Below, piece by piece: positions 48,430-61,105 of a DNA stretch of 64,000 nucleotides. The notes below the pieces were generated by a model, which saw nothing but the letters and a program-made list of their open reading frames with translations, did not search any database and had not been told where the DNA came from. The translations under genes were made by a program, and so were the position numbers. The stretch is taken from NCBI RefSeq assembly GCF_009914755.1, contig NC_060929.1; one strand, written 5' to 3'. This stretch comes from the human T2T-CHM13v2.0 reference genome, Homo sapiens. Position 1 is the stretch's first letter; the number at the start of each line of letters is the position of its first letter.

Positions 48430-49100
48430 AATCAAAGCTCAAGTATCATAAATGTATTTAAGTATATTCCAATGTGTCAGGTTTTGTTGCTATACAAAGG
48501 GATTTTACTATATCTTACAGAGGTTTATAAATATGAGAATAGCATAATGAAATCAGTAATTTAGGAAGAACATCATAGCAATATGGTTTGGGATGAGGAA
48601 GCAGAAAGACAGAGGGAACTTTAACAAAGCCATGATGATAAGGCAAGCAACTCATATTCAGGGATATAGCTATGGAAATTTTTGTGCAAATGGAGAAAGG
48701 GGAATGGATTCTTGAGATGCTAAAAGAATATAATTAAAAGGAATTAATGACAGATTTAAAATATAATATCATGAAAGATGAATTATTTTTGATAATTGGG
48801 GTTTCTAACTCAAGTATGTGCATAAATATACTCAATAATCAAGATGTGGGATGTGAGAAAGGTAAACAATTACAGAAAAAAAATGTAGAAGTACAAGCAT
48901 CAAACCAGGAGTATCGAGACAAGTAATAAAGTTTGAGTCAAAACGTCAACATGAAAGCTCAATCAAAGAGAATGAACGGGATGATCTAGGGAGATAGAAT
49001 ACAGTTAAGAGAGGGCATAAGAACATAAAGTTTGATCAAATATGGGGAGATGGAGTGCAAAGAAAGATGACCTGAAGCAGGAAACCAAAAATATGGCAAG
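48430..49100 (-). mobile_element. Degraded L2 fragments
   Basis: aaatgtatttaagtatattccaatgtgtcagg (antisense L2 tail), followed by purine-rich L2-like sequence. Confidence 0.45.
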
Positions 49101-49188
49101 AAAATCAAAGAATTGTGGAGAAAGCCTGATGTAGTTAGGTTGACATCTCTTGTTTTTGCAAGCATCCTCTGGTAATATCATATAAATT

Positions 49189-49306
49189 TCCCTTCCTTCC
49201 TTCCTTCCTTCCTTCCTTCCTTCCTTCCTTCCTTCCTTCCTTCCATCCCTCCCTCCTCCCTTCCTGCCTTCCTCCCTTCCTCCCTTCCTTCCTTTCTTCC
49301 TTCCTT
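49189..49306. repeat. (CCTT)n polypyrimidine STR
   Basis: About 13 perfect cctt units followed by a degenerate ccct/cctt tail. Confidence 0.95.
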
Positions 49307-50385
49307 TTCTGCTAGTTTGAGTCAGTTTGCAATAGAAAGATAAACCCGATTAGTACATTGAGACCTGAATGGGGACACTTTAAAAAGAAGGTTTGATTCC
49401 CTGTGCCGAATACTCAGGAAGATTAAATTTAATAAGATCTAGGATTAAACTACTGAGATTAGTTACTATACAAATACTCATGTCACTTGTAATTTGAGAG
49501 AATATTTTATCATTAAGGAGATTGAGCAGGGGGAGGTTAAATGGAATTAGTTTGTGTTACCTTTTAATGTAAATAGAAAAATTAAATAATTAAATACAAA
49601 GTACTTTGTCTATATCTTTGGTGAATATTAGAGCAGTAATCAAATTTAAAGGAAAATAAAATGCTTTATGTAGCTGAGTTGTAAATAATCAAATTTACTC
49701 TGTTATATTTAAAAATTACTATTTGGGCTAAATTACAACAAATATTTAAAAGGAATAATACTTTATATATGAAGGCTTGAAGGTTGCAAAATGACTTTCT
49801 GATGTTATCCAATTTCATCACATTTTAATGAATAAATATGTGAGATGAGCAAAAAGATCAACTGTTTCATCTCCAATTTAAAAGGGAGAAAAGGGGGAGC
49901 TCAGGAACTCAGTGATTTTTTTTACATGACTGTAATATAGTAGGTCAATATTCTGTCATTTTTCTCTCCCCTTCATATAACACAAAGAGCATGCTTTACT
50001 TCCAAATATCTATTTGTTATGGTTATTAAGCATGCAAATATTTGAAAAAGTAGGCTTATTACCTACCAAGTGTCTAATATTTAGGAGAGTACAGATTTTA
50101 GCTTGTATTTTCCTCATATCTGTGGATAGTTATCAATATTCAGGCTGCTTATTAATGGTAATTTGTTTTCCTATTTAGTTTTCAGTGTTTATACAACTGT
50201 TTCACTTTGGGAAACACACCAACTTCCAAATAAGCACAGGTAAATTAGGAGAAAAGTTACTTTTATCTTAATAAAGCAAAATATTCTCAATTAGAGTGAC
50301 TTTTGTGCTGACTTTATATAAGATTTAAGGTGTATGATAGTTCTATTTTTAATTTTTGAAGAACTTTCATTCTACTTTTCATAGT

Positions 50386-52744
50386 TGATATGGTTTGTCT
50401 CTGTGTCCCCACCCAAATCTCATCTTGAATTTTAATCCCCATGTGTCAAGGAAGAAACCTGGTGGGAGGTGAGCAGTTTCCCCATGCTGGTCTGGTGGTT
50501 GTGAGTGAGTTCTCGTGAGAGCTGATGGTTTTAAAATGTGACACTTCTTCTTGCTCATTGTCTCTCTCTCTCTCTCTCCTGCCACATTGTGAAGCAGATA
50601 CTTGCTTTTCTTTTTCTTTCCTTCCTGATGGTAAGTTTCCTGAGGCATCTCCAGCCATGTGGAACTGTGAGTCAATTAAACCTCTTTTTTAAAAATAAAT
50701 TAACCAGTCTCAGGTAGTATCTTTACAGCAGTGTGAAAACAGACTAATACAGAGAATTGATACCGAGAATGGGGCACTGCTATAAAGATAACCTAAAAAT
50801 CTGGAAGCGACTTTGGAACTGGGTAATAGGCAGAGGTTGAAACAATTTGGAGGGTTCAGAAGAAGACAGAAAGATGTGGGAAAGTCTGCAACTTCCTGGA
50901 GACTTGCGGAATGATTTTGACCAACATGCTGATAGTGATATGGACAATGAAGTCCAGGCTGAGGTGATCTCAGATGGAGATGCAGAACCTATTGGGAACT
51001 GGAGCAAAGGTTACTCTTGCTATGCTTTAGCAAAGAGACTGGTGGCATTTTTCTCCTGCCCTAGAGGTCTGTGGAACTTTGAACTTGAGAGAGATGATTT
51101 AGGGTATCTGGCAGAATAAATTTCTAAGCCGCAAAACATTCAAGAGGCTTCCTGGATTTTCCTGAAAATGTACAGTTATATGTGTCCACAAAGAGATGAT
51201 TTGAAATTGGAACTTATGTTTAAAAGGTAAGCATAGTATAAAAGTTTGAAAAATGTGTAACTTGACTATGTAGTAGAAAAGGAAAACTGATTTTCTGGGG
51301 AGAAATTCATGCTGGCTGCAGAAATTTGTGTAAGTAATGAGGAACCGAATATTAATTGCCAAGACAATGGGAAAAAATGTCTCCAGTGCATTTCAGAGAT
51401 CTTCATGGCAGCTCCTCCCATCACAGGCCCTGAGACCTAGGAGGGAAAAATGGTTTCCTGGGTGGGGCCCAGGGACCTACTTCTCTATGCAGCCTCTGTA
51501 CTTGATGCCCTGCATCCCAGCTGCTTCAGCTCCAGCCATGGCTAAAAGGGGCCAAGGTACATACATCTCAAGCCGTTGCATTAGACAGTACAAAATCCAA
51601 GCCTTGGCAGCTTCCACATGGTGTTGGTACTGAGGGGATGCACAGAAGACAAGAGTTGAACTTTGGGAACCTTCATCTAGATTTCAGAGGATGTAGGGAA
51701 ACATCTGGATGTTCAGGAAGAAGTCTGCTGCAGGGGCAGAGCCCTCATGGAGAACCTCTACTAGAGCAATGCAGAGGGGAAATGTGGGGTTGGAACCCCC
51801 ATACAGAGTCCCCACTGGGGCATCGTCTAGTAAAGCTGTGAGAAGAGGGCCACCATCCTTCAGACCCCAGAATGGTAGATCTACTGACAGGCTGCACCAT
51901 TCACCTGGAAAAGCTGCAAGCACTCAAGGCCAATCGGTGAAAATAACTTCAAGGGCTGAACTCTTCAGAGCCACAGTGGCAGAGCTACTAAAGGCTGTGG
52001 GAGCCCGCCCCTGGCATCAGCATGATCTGGATGTGAGACATGGTGTCAACAAAGATTTTGCAGCTTTAAGATTTAATGACTGATCGGCTGGGTTTTGAAC
52101 TTTTGTGGCCCGTGGCCCTTTGTTTTGGTCAATTTCTTCAATTTAGAATGGGAACATTTACCCACTGCCTGTATCCATATTGTTCTTGGAAATAATTAAC
52201 TTGCTTTTGATTATACAGGCTCATAGGTGAAAGGGAGTTGCCATGTCTCAGATGAGACTTTGGACTTGGACTTTTGGGTTAATGCTGAAATGAGTTAAGA
52301 CTTTGGGGGACTGTTAGGAAGGCATGATTGGTTTTAAAATGTGAAAAGGACCTGAAATTTGGGAAAGGCCAGAAGTGGAATGATATGGTTTGGCTCTGTG
52401 TCTCCACTCAAATCTCATCTGGAATTGTATTCTTCATGTATTGAGGGAGGGACCTGGTGGGAGGTGACTGGATTATGAGGACGGTTTCCCCCATGCTGGT
52501 CTGGTGATAGTGAGTTCTCACAAGATCAGATGGTTTTAAAGTGTGGCACTTCCCGTTGCTCGCTCTCTCTCCCTCCTACAGCTTTGTGATAACAGTACTT
52601 GCTTCTCCTTCTGCTTCCAGCATGATTGCATTTCCTGAGGCCTCTCTAGCCATGTGGAACAGTGAGTCAATTAAACCTCTTTTGTTTACAAATTACGCGG
52701 TCTCAGGTGGTATCATTATAGCAATGGGAGGATGGACTAATACA
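50386..52744 (+). mobile_element. Two-LTR THE1 (THE1D/C-like) MaLR provirus: 5'LTR 50386-50751, internal 50752-52380, 3'LTR 52381-52744
   Basis: Both LTRs run tgatatggtttg…gactaataca. Typical THE1-int (gaagaagacagaaagatgtgggaaagt…). Purine-rich tract before the 3'LTR. TSD atagt/gtagt (1 mismatch). Confidence 0.93.
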
Positions 52745-53520
52745 GTAGTTGCTTCATTTTATATTCCCAACAACAGTATATGAGGGTTTCAAGTTTACCA
52801 CATCATTGGAAACACTTGTTATTTTTTTTTAAATAATAGTCATTGTAATAGGTGTGAGGTGATACCGTATTGTAGTTTTTATTCACATGTTCCTGATAAT
52901 TGATGATATTGAGCATGTTTTCATCTATCTGTTGGCTATTAGTGTGTCTTCTGTAAAGAATATCTGTACAAATCCTTTGCCCACTTTTTAATCGGGTTAT
53001 TTTATTATTATTATTGGGTTGAAATTCCTTTCTGGATTATATATCCAAAAATATTGAAATCAGAATCTCAAGGAGATGTCTGCATGCCCATGTTGATTGC
53101 AGCATTATTTACAATAGCCAATATATGAAAAAATCTCGTGTCCATTAAGAGATTAATGATTTAAAATGTGGCATACACAAACAAAGGAATATTTTCCATC
53201 CTTATAAAAAAGAAATTCTGCCATTTGACATTATGGATGAACCTGGAGGATATTACACTAAGTGAAATAAGCCATTCACAGAAGGACAGATATTGTAAAA
53301 TTCCACTTATTGGAGGTATCTATACTAGTCAATTCTTAGGAGGAAAAAAGACAATAATGATTTTCAGGGTCTACAGGGTAAGAAAAATGGAGAATTGTTC
53401 AATGGGTATAACATTTCAGTGATGTTAGATAAGTTCTAGAAATATAGACAGTGCCTGTGATTAACAATACAGTACTGTACACCTCAAAATTTGTTGAAAG
53501 GGGTTACATGTTAAGTGTTC

Positions 53521-53618
53521 TTTTTTTTTATTATACTTTAAGTTTTAGGGTACATGTGCACAACTTGCAGGTTAGTTACATGTGTATACATGTGCCATGT
53601 TGGTGTGCTGCACCCATT
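53521..53618 (-). mobile_element. ~100-bp L1PA (PA4-7-like) 3'-terminal stub
   Basis: Poly(T) then attatactttaagttttagggtacatgtgcacaac…gctgcacccatt. Confidence 0.9.
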
Positions 53619-53809
53619 CGAAACAAAAACAAAACAAAAGTACAGAAGAAAACATTGAGAGGTGTTGGATGTGTCTATTACCTTGATTGTGGTGATGCTA
53701 TCAAGGTTGTTTGAATATGTTCAAATTAATCAAACTGTACACATTATATATGTAAAGTTCTTTGCCTATCACTTACTCCTCAATAAAACTGTTATAAAAA
53801 GAAAGAAAA

Positions 53810-55740
53810 GAAAATGCCAAGGAATATTCAAAAAACCCCTAAAACTAATAAGTGAGTTTTACAAGGTCACAGGATCTATGCAAAATTCAACCATAGTTTT
53901 TTAATAGTGGAAATGGATAATTGGAAAATAAAGTATTTTAAAAAAGAATATAATAGCTCATAAATGCTTAGATATAAATCTAACAAAACATGCACAGGTA
54001 TATGGAAAAATACAAAATATTAATGAAAGAAAAGAGTCCAAATAATTGGGTAGACAAAAAATGCCCAGAGATTTGTGGACTCCACAAAGTAAAGATCTCA
54101 CTTTCATCCAGATTGATTCTGGATTTACTGGAATTTCAATAAAATTATAGTAAATCTAAAATTTTCTTTCTAAATTTTATATAATTCTAAGCTGTATAAG
54201 GAGAGCAAATGAATTAGGATAGCTAAAACAATTTCAATGAAATATAAGATAGGAAGACTCTATCCTTGTAAGAATTACTTTATCCTTTATAGCAAATCTC
54301 ACATTAAGACTTGCTATAAAGCTACAGCCATCAACAGAATGTGGTATCAGCGATGAGACAGAATTACAGATCAATGAAGTAGCAGAGAGAAACCAGATAT
54401 AGATCAATGCAATTATGGCCAATTGATTGTCAACAAAACTGCAAATGGAGAAATATTAGATTTTTCAACAACTGTTTCTGGAACAGTTGGATATACATGC
54501 ACCAAAAAAACAAATAAGCAAGAAAAAACCCTCAACCTAATCTTCATGCTTTATACAAAAATATACAAAATAAACATAGATATACATCCAAGATATAAAG
54601 ATATAAAATATTTAGAAAAAAACTTAGTGACCAGGGTTAGGCAAAGTGTTCTTAGAAGAAGAGTAAAAAGAAAAAAAGATCAATTAGATTCATCAAAGTT
54701 GATAATTTTTCCTTTTACAAAAAATGGGTAAGAGAATACAAATCACAAATCTGGTAAAGGAACATATAAATAACAAAATGTATAAGGAATACAAAGATAT
54801 ACACACACACACACATATATATATACACATAAATGTATACACACACATGTAGATGTATATAAAGAACTAAGTTAAAAATTAAAAAGCCTGTGATCCAATT
54901 AAAAGTGGGCAAAATGTTTGAACAGGCATTTCACCAAGGAGGATATAAAAATGGCAAATAAGCATATAGAAAAATGTTCATCATAATTAGCCATTAAGAA
55001 AATGTAAATTAAAACCAGAATGAATTACTACTACATACCCTTCAGAGTAGTTAAAATCAAAATGCTGATAATGTCAAGCACTAACAAGTTGGTGGAGCAT
55101 CTGTAACTTGCACACATTTTTGGTGAAAATGCAAATTAATAGAGCCATTCTGAAAAACAGTTTGGAAGTTTCTTATAAAATTATACATACTTTCATCATA
55201 TGACCAAAGACTATTACTCTTATGTAATTAGAAAAAAAATTATGTTCACACAAAAATCTGTAACAAGAATGTTTACAGCATCTGTATTCCTATAATGTAG
55301 TTCATTTAAGCAATTTTTTTAAAAAGTCAACTTTTGATACATCTAACAACTTGGATGTATCTTGAATGCATTATGCTGAGTTAAAGAACTCAAATCATTA
55401 CACGCTGTGAGATTCCATTTATAATACATTCTCTAAAAGACAGATGTACACTGTTAGTGAACATATCAGTGGTTGATGTGGGTTAGGTGCATGGATGTGT
55501 GGGGGTTGGCAGGGAGTATAAAGGAATAAAACAAGGAATTTTTTTTAAAGGTGATGAATCTTCTCTGAATTGTAATTTTGGTGATGTTTAATTCTATACA
55601 TGTTAATATTCATGAAACTCTATACCAATAACAATATTCAATTTATGATAGAATCTATTACCAATAGATACCAATAACAATAGTCAATTATGGTAAAATT
55701 TATGGTTAAAAATTAAAATTAATTTTAAAAAGAAAAGAAA
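53810..55740 (+). mobile_element. Ancient L1ME-type fragment (ORF2 3' half and 3'UTR)
   Basis: aaactaataagtgagttttacaaggtcacagg…aaaagtgggcaaaatgtttgaacaggcatttcacc…gcattatgctgagt…ctatacatgttaatattcatgaaact. Confidence 0.75.
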
Positions 55741-56159
55741 AAAGTGCACAAAAACACTGGTAATAAAATTTGATAAGTTGTTTACATTTTATCTAGCTTT
55801 TTTTTGTTTGTTGGCATAAACAGGAACCTATAAAAGTGTAACTATGCCTACACTCAATTCATGCTTCTTGAAAAGATCCTGTAATTTAGAATTCTAGCTT
55901 CTTTATAATTTTAGTGTTTCACTTGTAGTCATTACACTAGTAAAATCAATCTTATTTAGTCATATGTCAGTAAATTTTTGGTATCCAAATAGAACATAGT
56001 TATAAACCTATGCTACAAATTAATAGTAAAAGAAAACAGTTTTTTAATTTTTTCTATAAATGACATTTTCCTCAAGTAGCCTACCCCACTGGGAAGCAAG
56101 AAAAAGTAACAAAAATCAAAAATGAATTTATAGTTCAATCTGGTTAAATATTTCAGTAA

Positions 56160-57780
56160 TCCCTTAGAGAAACTTCTCATTCTCTTTACATGAAATGCTG
56201 AGTATTTTCAGGTTCTCTGCCCCTCTCCAGTAGTGCCTGGAGATATGGGGATGGTGTATAGTTTTCATGACCTTGTGGGGCAGGAGGGAAATATACTCCT
56301 TAAATCCACCTTGTGTTCTCCAGATCATCAGGGTTTCTCTAATGGAATAACTAATTTGGGCTTCTCCCTGGACTGGTAACTGAGATCTGAACTTACCATC
56401 CCTGATCATCATACTGGTATCTGATGCTGAATGGATTGTGCTCATGACCTAACCTTGGATTTTTAATTTGTTTATTTGGCTAGGATACATGCCTGTAGGC
56501 TGGTTGGTTTCACTTTGGATTTTATTGGATGTGAAATTCCTCTCAGCATTCACTGTTTTTTTTTGTTTTTTTTTTTGTTTTGTTTTTACCTGGCTCACAG
56601 GTCAGCCAGTCTATACCAAAGCTTCTGCTCCAGTACCATCTCTTGCGTTGCTGTGGTGGTCCAAACAGTAGGCATTCTAACTATCTGCTCAGCTCCTTTA
56701 CATAGTTCAACTGTATGACATAAAGGAGCATTTGAGTCTCAATCATACCATGCAGGACTCAAGAGGTGCTCAGGAAAGCAGCATTCCTGCCTGCCTTCTA
56801 GCTTAATCAGTTTTTCCTAGAAACGCCATTTGACATGGCCACTCTCAAGATTCTGTTATAGGGCAAGTTTCAAGGGAATCTCCTTCAAATATTTTAAATG
56901 TGAAGTGTTGCAACACCTTGCCTTGACATTTCATGATGTTATACACCTCTCCATTCTGGGACCAAACATGGAGAAAGAATATCAAAACACATATGTTTTA
57001 ACTTCTGTCTTTCTTACCTGAATCAACTTTTTTGTGCCATCAATCATAATGGTGGAAATAGGCATTGGACTCCTCCCTTCTTCAACATCCTATCTGGATA
57101 CTGGATCCTTCCCTTCTTCAGCATCCTGTTTAGAAGTGGTCTAGTATGCTTCTTGTTAAATTTCAGTGCTAAATCAATTAGAATATTATTTTCTGTCTTT
57201 GGAAGACCTGTCTTTCAAGCCCATTTTTTAGCTATGAACTTGGAAATCCTACTTTGGTTGTCAGAGGATATGTATTAATCCTTTCTTTTTCATATAGTTT
57301 ATCAGTTAGATGTTTGTTATAGAGAACACAGACAACTCTTCCAAACCTACAAAGAAAATGATTCATTGCCAGATATTTAATGGCTGAAAATATCGTCAAT
57401 AGAACTTGCTTCAGGCCAAAATTCCAGGAACAACTCTTAATCTCCAGAATCACACTGCAAGATGCAGTTCCATGGTTCAAAATCGTGAAGTTGCTTACTT
57501 CAGAATGATGCCACATTCAGGAAACTGCTGCTATTACTAAGGAAATTCTCTAAATCAAGTGGTCATTAACTGTAGAGTCATATTGCTGGTGACATGCTTC
57601 AATAGAATGGATGCATCACACCTTGACTTTTTCCACTTTGTACAATTCCAAATTCAGAGAATGCATGAGAACATATAATGGATGGGAGCTAAATAAAATC
57701 TTGAATCCCAGTTATAAGAAAATATAAAAATATAATCTTTATCAGAATCTGTACTTCAAGAAAGTACAATAGAAAGAAGT
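56160..57780 (-). mobile_element. Probable highly decayed ERVL/MaLR internal and LTR remnants
   Basis: Local GC rise. Antisense ttcagatctcagttaccagtccagg resembles ERVL-int, and tatcagttagatgtttgttatagagaacacagacaactct resembles an old MLT1 terminus. Weak. Confidence 0.35.
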
Positions 57781-58929
57781 TGACATAGATACTAAATGAG
57801 CTAATCTATGGTATCCATTAATGCAAAGCATTAAAGGTACTGCATTAGCATAGAGTGATTTTAATATATTTAAAATATCTTGTTTGGTATTTACTTATTG
57901 CTATTATTTATTTTTACTATTATTTACATGACAGTTTAAAAAATTTAAATCCTCCTCAAACACATAGGTAGCTCAAGGTAACAAGAGAGTTATGAACACT
58001 TAAAATGTGTAGGAGAAAACCTCATTAATATATGCCTGTGATGTTTGTACATTAACATAAATTTTTAAGACAGACACAAATTCAGACAGGCTCACTATTT
58101 TCCTGACCTTATTATATCTGAAATATCATAATACTCAAGGTTACTTAGTGGACATTTGCCATTTGTTTAAATCCACCCAAAATGGAACTGTAAATAGTCT
58201 AAATTCATATCTCAGAATTTACCTTTTTCTACAGCTAATTTCTCTTCTCCATTCTCATTATCTTTGACTTATTGTATTCTCTTCTACTTCTCCTTTCCTA
58301 GATTTTTTCATTAAATTATCTTATTTGATTCCCTTTACTCTTCATCTTGCCTTTTATCATTTCTTTGCTTTTTGTTTTTTCATCATTCTGAGTATATTTG
58401 TATTACCCAGACATTTGGGAAGCATTATTCTACTTTTATAACATTTCTGTTATTAGAAGTTAAATTGACTTGAAATATTTAATCATGTGTGTATATTTTA
58501 ATAGCATGCTGAAAATTAATATAATGACTAGCCTATTTCCAAAGATTGAATGCTTACTTTAATTCTGTCTTTGGTAATAATAGAATCAGATCCATATCCA
58601 ATAGAAATTAATTAATTATAGAGGAAGATGATGCCTTTCCTCGTTGCTTGCACTGCTTTAATGTATGTATAATACCTATTTTATCACAATTTGTAAATCC
58701 CCAACAATGCCTAGAAAGGTTTTATCATGGTAGATACTTAATTCTTATTCATTAGAATTTGGCTATAGGTTTTTTTCACTTTACTCCTAGCATTTTTGAC
58801 AAAATTCCAGAGGAGATTCAGAAATTAACAGAGTAATTAAAACTGGTCAGAAAAATGAGCAAAACAGAACATGCCATTTAATAACTGAATAAAAAAAGAG
58901 TTCCAAACAACCAGCTTATAAGTAGGAGT

Positions 58930-59115
58930 GATGCATTTCCTTTTGATCTTTACCAACAAGTGGAATTGCTGGATTGTATGACAGCTCTATTCTGATGGAC
59001 CTCCATACTGCTTTCTATAATGGTTGTACCAATTTACATTCCACCAACAGTGTGCAAGGGTTGTCTCTTCTCCACACCCTTGCCAACAATTTTTATTTCT
59101 TGTTTTTTAATCATC
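58930..59115 (-). mobile_element. Short L1M fragment
   Basis: gtggaattgctggattgtatg…cctccatactg…tgtaccaatttacattccaccaacagtgtgcaagggtt. Confidence 0.8.
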
Positions 59116-59844
59116 ATTTTTGTAATACATATTATTTATAATTTTTCAGACTACTATAATTAAACACATTTTGCTCTTTATTGATAATGTGTGTTCTTAT
59201 TTTGAATATTTATCATTAAACATTGTAATAACACAAATCTGTGTGAATTTTTGTGTGTCCAAGCTTCCTTCTTTAGTACCAAGTGGTCGCTTCCACTTTA
59301 CTCGTCCATTTCTTGTGGATTTCAGTTTCTAATTCCGGATGGGCTTGAAAATCAGAACACTATTCAGCTTAAGCTTTGAGTGATACAGTAGTTTATAAAT
59401 TCCTAAACGTGGTTCCAACAAGTGTATTATGTAGCTTTAGCTCATACTAAAGCTGTAAAGTATTTCAGATACCTAGTCCATGAATTTTCTAATAATTTAG
59501 GGGAGGTTCCCAAACTGAGGTAGTATTAAAATATTGAGGAAATCAAAAATAATATTTGAGTCATTAAAATCAAAGTAATGAGCAATCAGAGAGATGATTT
59601 AAGTCATTTTAGGGAAAAGTTTCCCTTATTACAGAGGAGCATGGTAAATCAATGCATGAGAGACTAAATAATTATTTTAGATGTGTTGTGCAATGTCCAG
59701 CAGAATTTAAATCACAGAAAGGTTTACATTTGAACAGTGAAAGATACCTGCAGTATTCATAGATACCTGAGAATAGTTAGGCAAATATGTTTTCAAATAA
59801 AATACAAAGTTTACACTTGTTTTGCCTAACACGGTTGTACAGGC

Positions 59845-60000
59845 CAATGATTAAATGCACCAACTTTGGAATCAAGATTTCCTGGATTCAAATTCAAGCT
59901 CCACCATTGGCAAATTATTTAACCTACATGTGCCTCAGTTCCCTCATCTATATGTGGAGGCAATAGTTACACTCTCTTATAATGTTTTTGTTAGCATTGT
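59845..60000 (+). mobile_element. MIR
   Basis: ctttggaatcaag…cctggattcaaattc…ggcaaattatttaacct…gtgcctcagttccctcatctat. Confidence 0.8.
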
Positions 60001-60994
60001 CAGAAGATAGCTCATGTGGAGCATTTTAGAAGAATACTTATGTTTAACAGCCAACAGGTTTGCTTATTAAACTGTAGAGAAAAATTAAAAAGAAAAATCA
60101 AGAAGTTCTTCACTAGTTTAATTTTTCTACAAATGATAAAATGTTTCTGATTATATATGCTATGAATTTGTTTAATGTCTTGTTGAGGCATCTGAAGTGT
60201 GTGTGCATGTAAATATTGGCACATTTCTGAACACAATTTACACCGAGCCAAAGAGAGTCACTAATATTTGTTAAATTGCTTTTCTAAAGTGGGAAAAGTA
60301 GCATCTTTTCCAAAGGGTGCTTTATTCACACTAACTAATTAAGTGAATGAGCTTTCTGGTTTTAATTAAGTGGAGTGTTTGTATATGTATATGCTTGTTT
60401 ATATACTCAGCAGCAATAAGGGTGAGATTTTAATATAGAAAGGAAGAAATAGCCACTAAGAAAGTTCAAGCCCATTCAATTAAAAATCCTAACCTGATAG
60501 TTTTAGGCAATGCAAAGTTAATGGACTGGTTTGAATTCCATAAAGTGGTACTTTTTTATCATCTGAAATGGCTCATGGATCTCATATGAACATACCTAAT
60601 ATTTCTGGAGCATTAACTCTTCAGAGGTATAATCACACTGTGTATCAATAAAGATAAAATACGTGATAAGTGAAATTTTGCTTTCTGGCTGCTTTGGGAT
60701 TATGTGGCTAATGACCATCAGGCAGACACTCAGGCAATTACAATGGGGAGATTTCTTAGCTCTGAAAGCACAGGCAAGATTCCAAAATGCGCAAAACAAG
60801 CAGAGCATAGAGTAGGGGCAAAGGTGATATATTCATGGATGAGTGCAAGTTTTGGTTTTCAGGAGTTCAAGGAGCAAGTCTGTTCAGAATATTGTTATAA
60901 AGCAGATAGAGGACAAAAGCATAATTGAAATAACCGGAATGTACATAGGCTAACTGCATTGCTTTATGTGGTGTGGTTCTGTGGAAAGATTATT

Positions 60995-61105
60995 AGACTT
61001 ACAAGAGTGAGGACTCACAGTTCTGCCAGCAAATAAGCTGAGTGGCTTCAGACAAGCCACTTTACTTATCTCTGGGCCTCAGTTTTCCCGTTTATGGATT
61101 AAAGA
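60995..61105 (+). mobile_element. MIR fragment (followed by a probable antisense L2 piece to ~61300)
   Basis: ttctgccagcaaataagctgagtggcttcagacaagccacttt…tctctgggcctcagttttccc. Confidence 0.7.

Larger units (their letters stand above)
50332..53800. mobile_element. Old L1MB-type 3' element with 5' inversion: minus piece 50332-50385 and 52745-~53025, plus piece ~53026-53800
   Basis: Antisense L1 ORF2 3' motifs flank the THE1, then sense ttctggattatatatccaaaa…taccttgattgtggtgatg…cctcaataaaactg (L1MB 3'UTR). Confidence 0.7.

Noticed and set aside
50847-52083. ORFs within the THE1 internal region
   Set aside because: Broken remnants of the known MaLR internal ORF, with several stops and frameshifts.
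57070-57130. ~20-bp direct repeat tcccttcttca(a/g)catcct
   Set aside because: Ordinary short local duplication in decayed sequence with no further structure.
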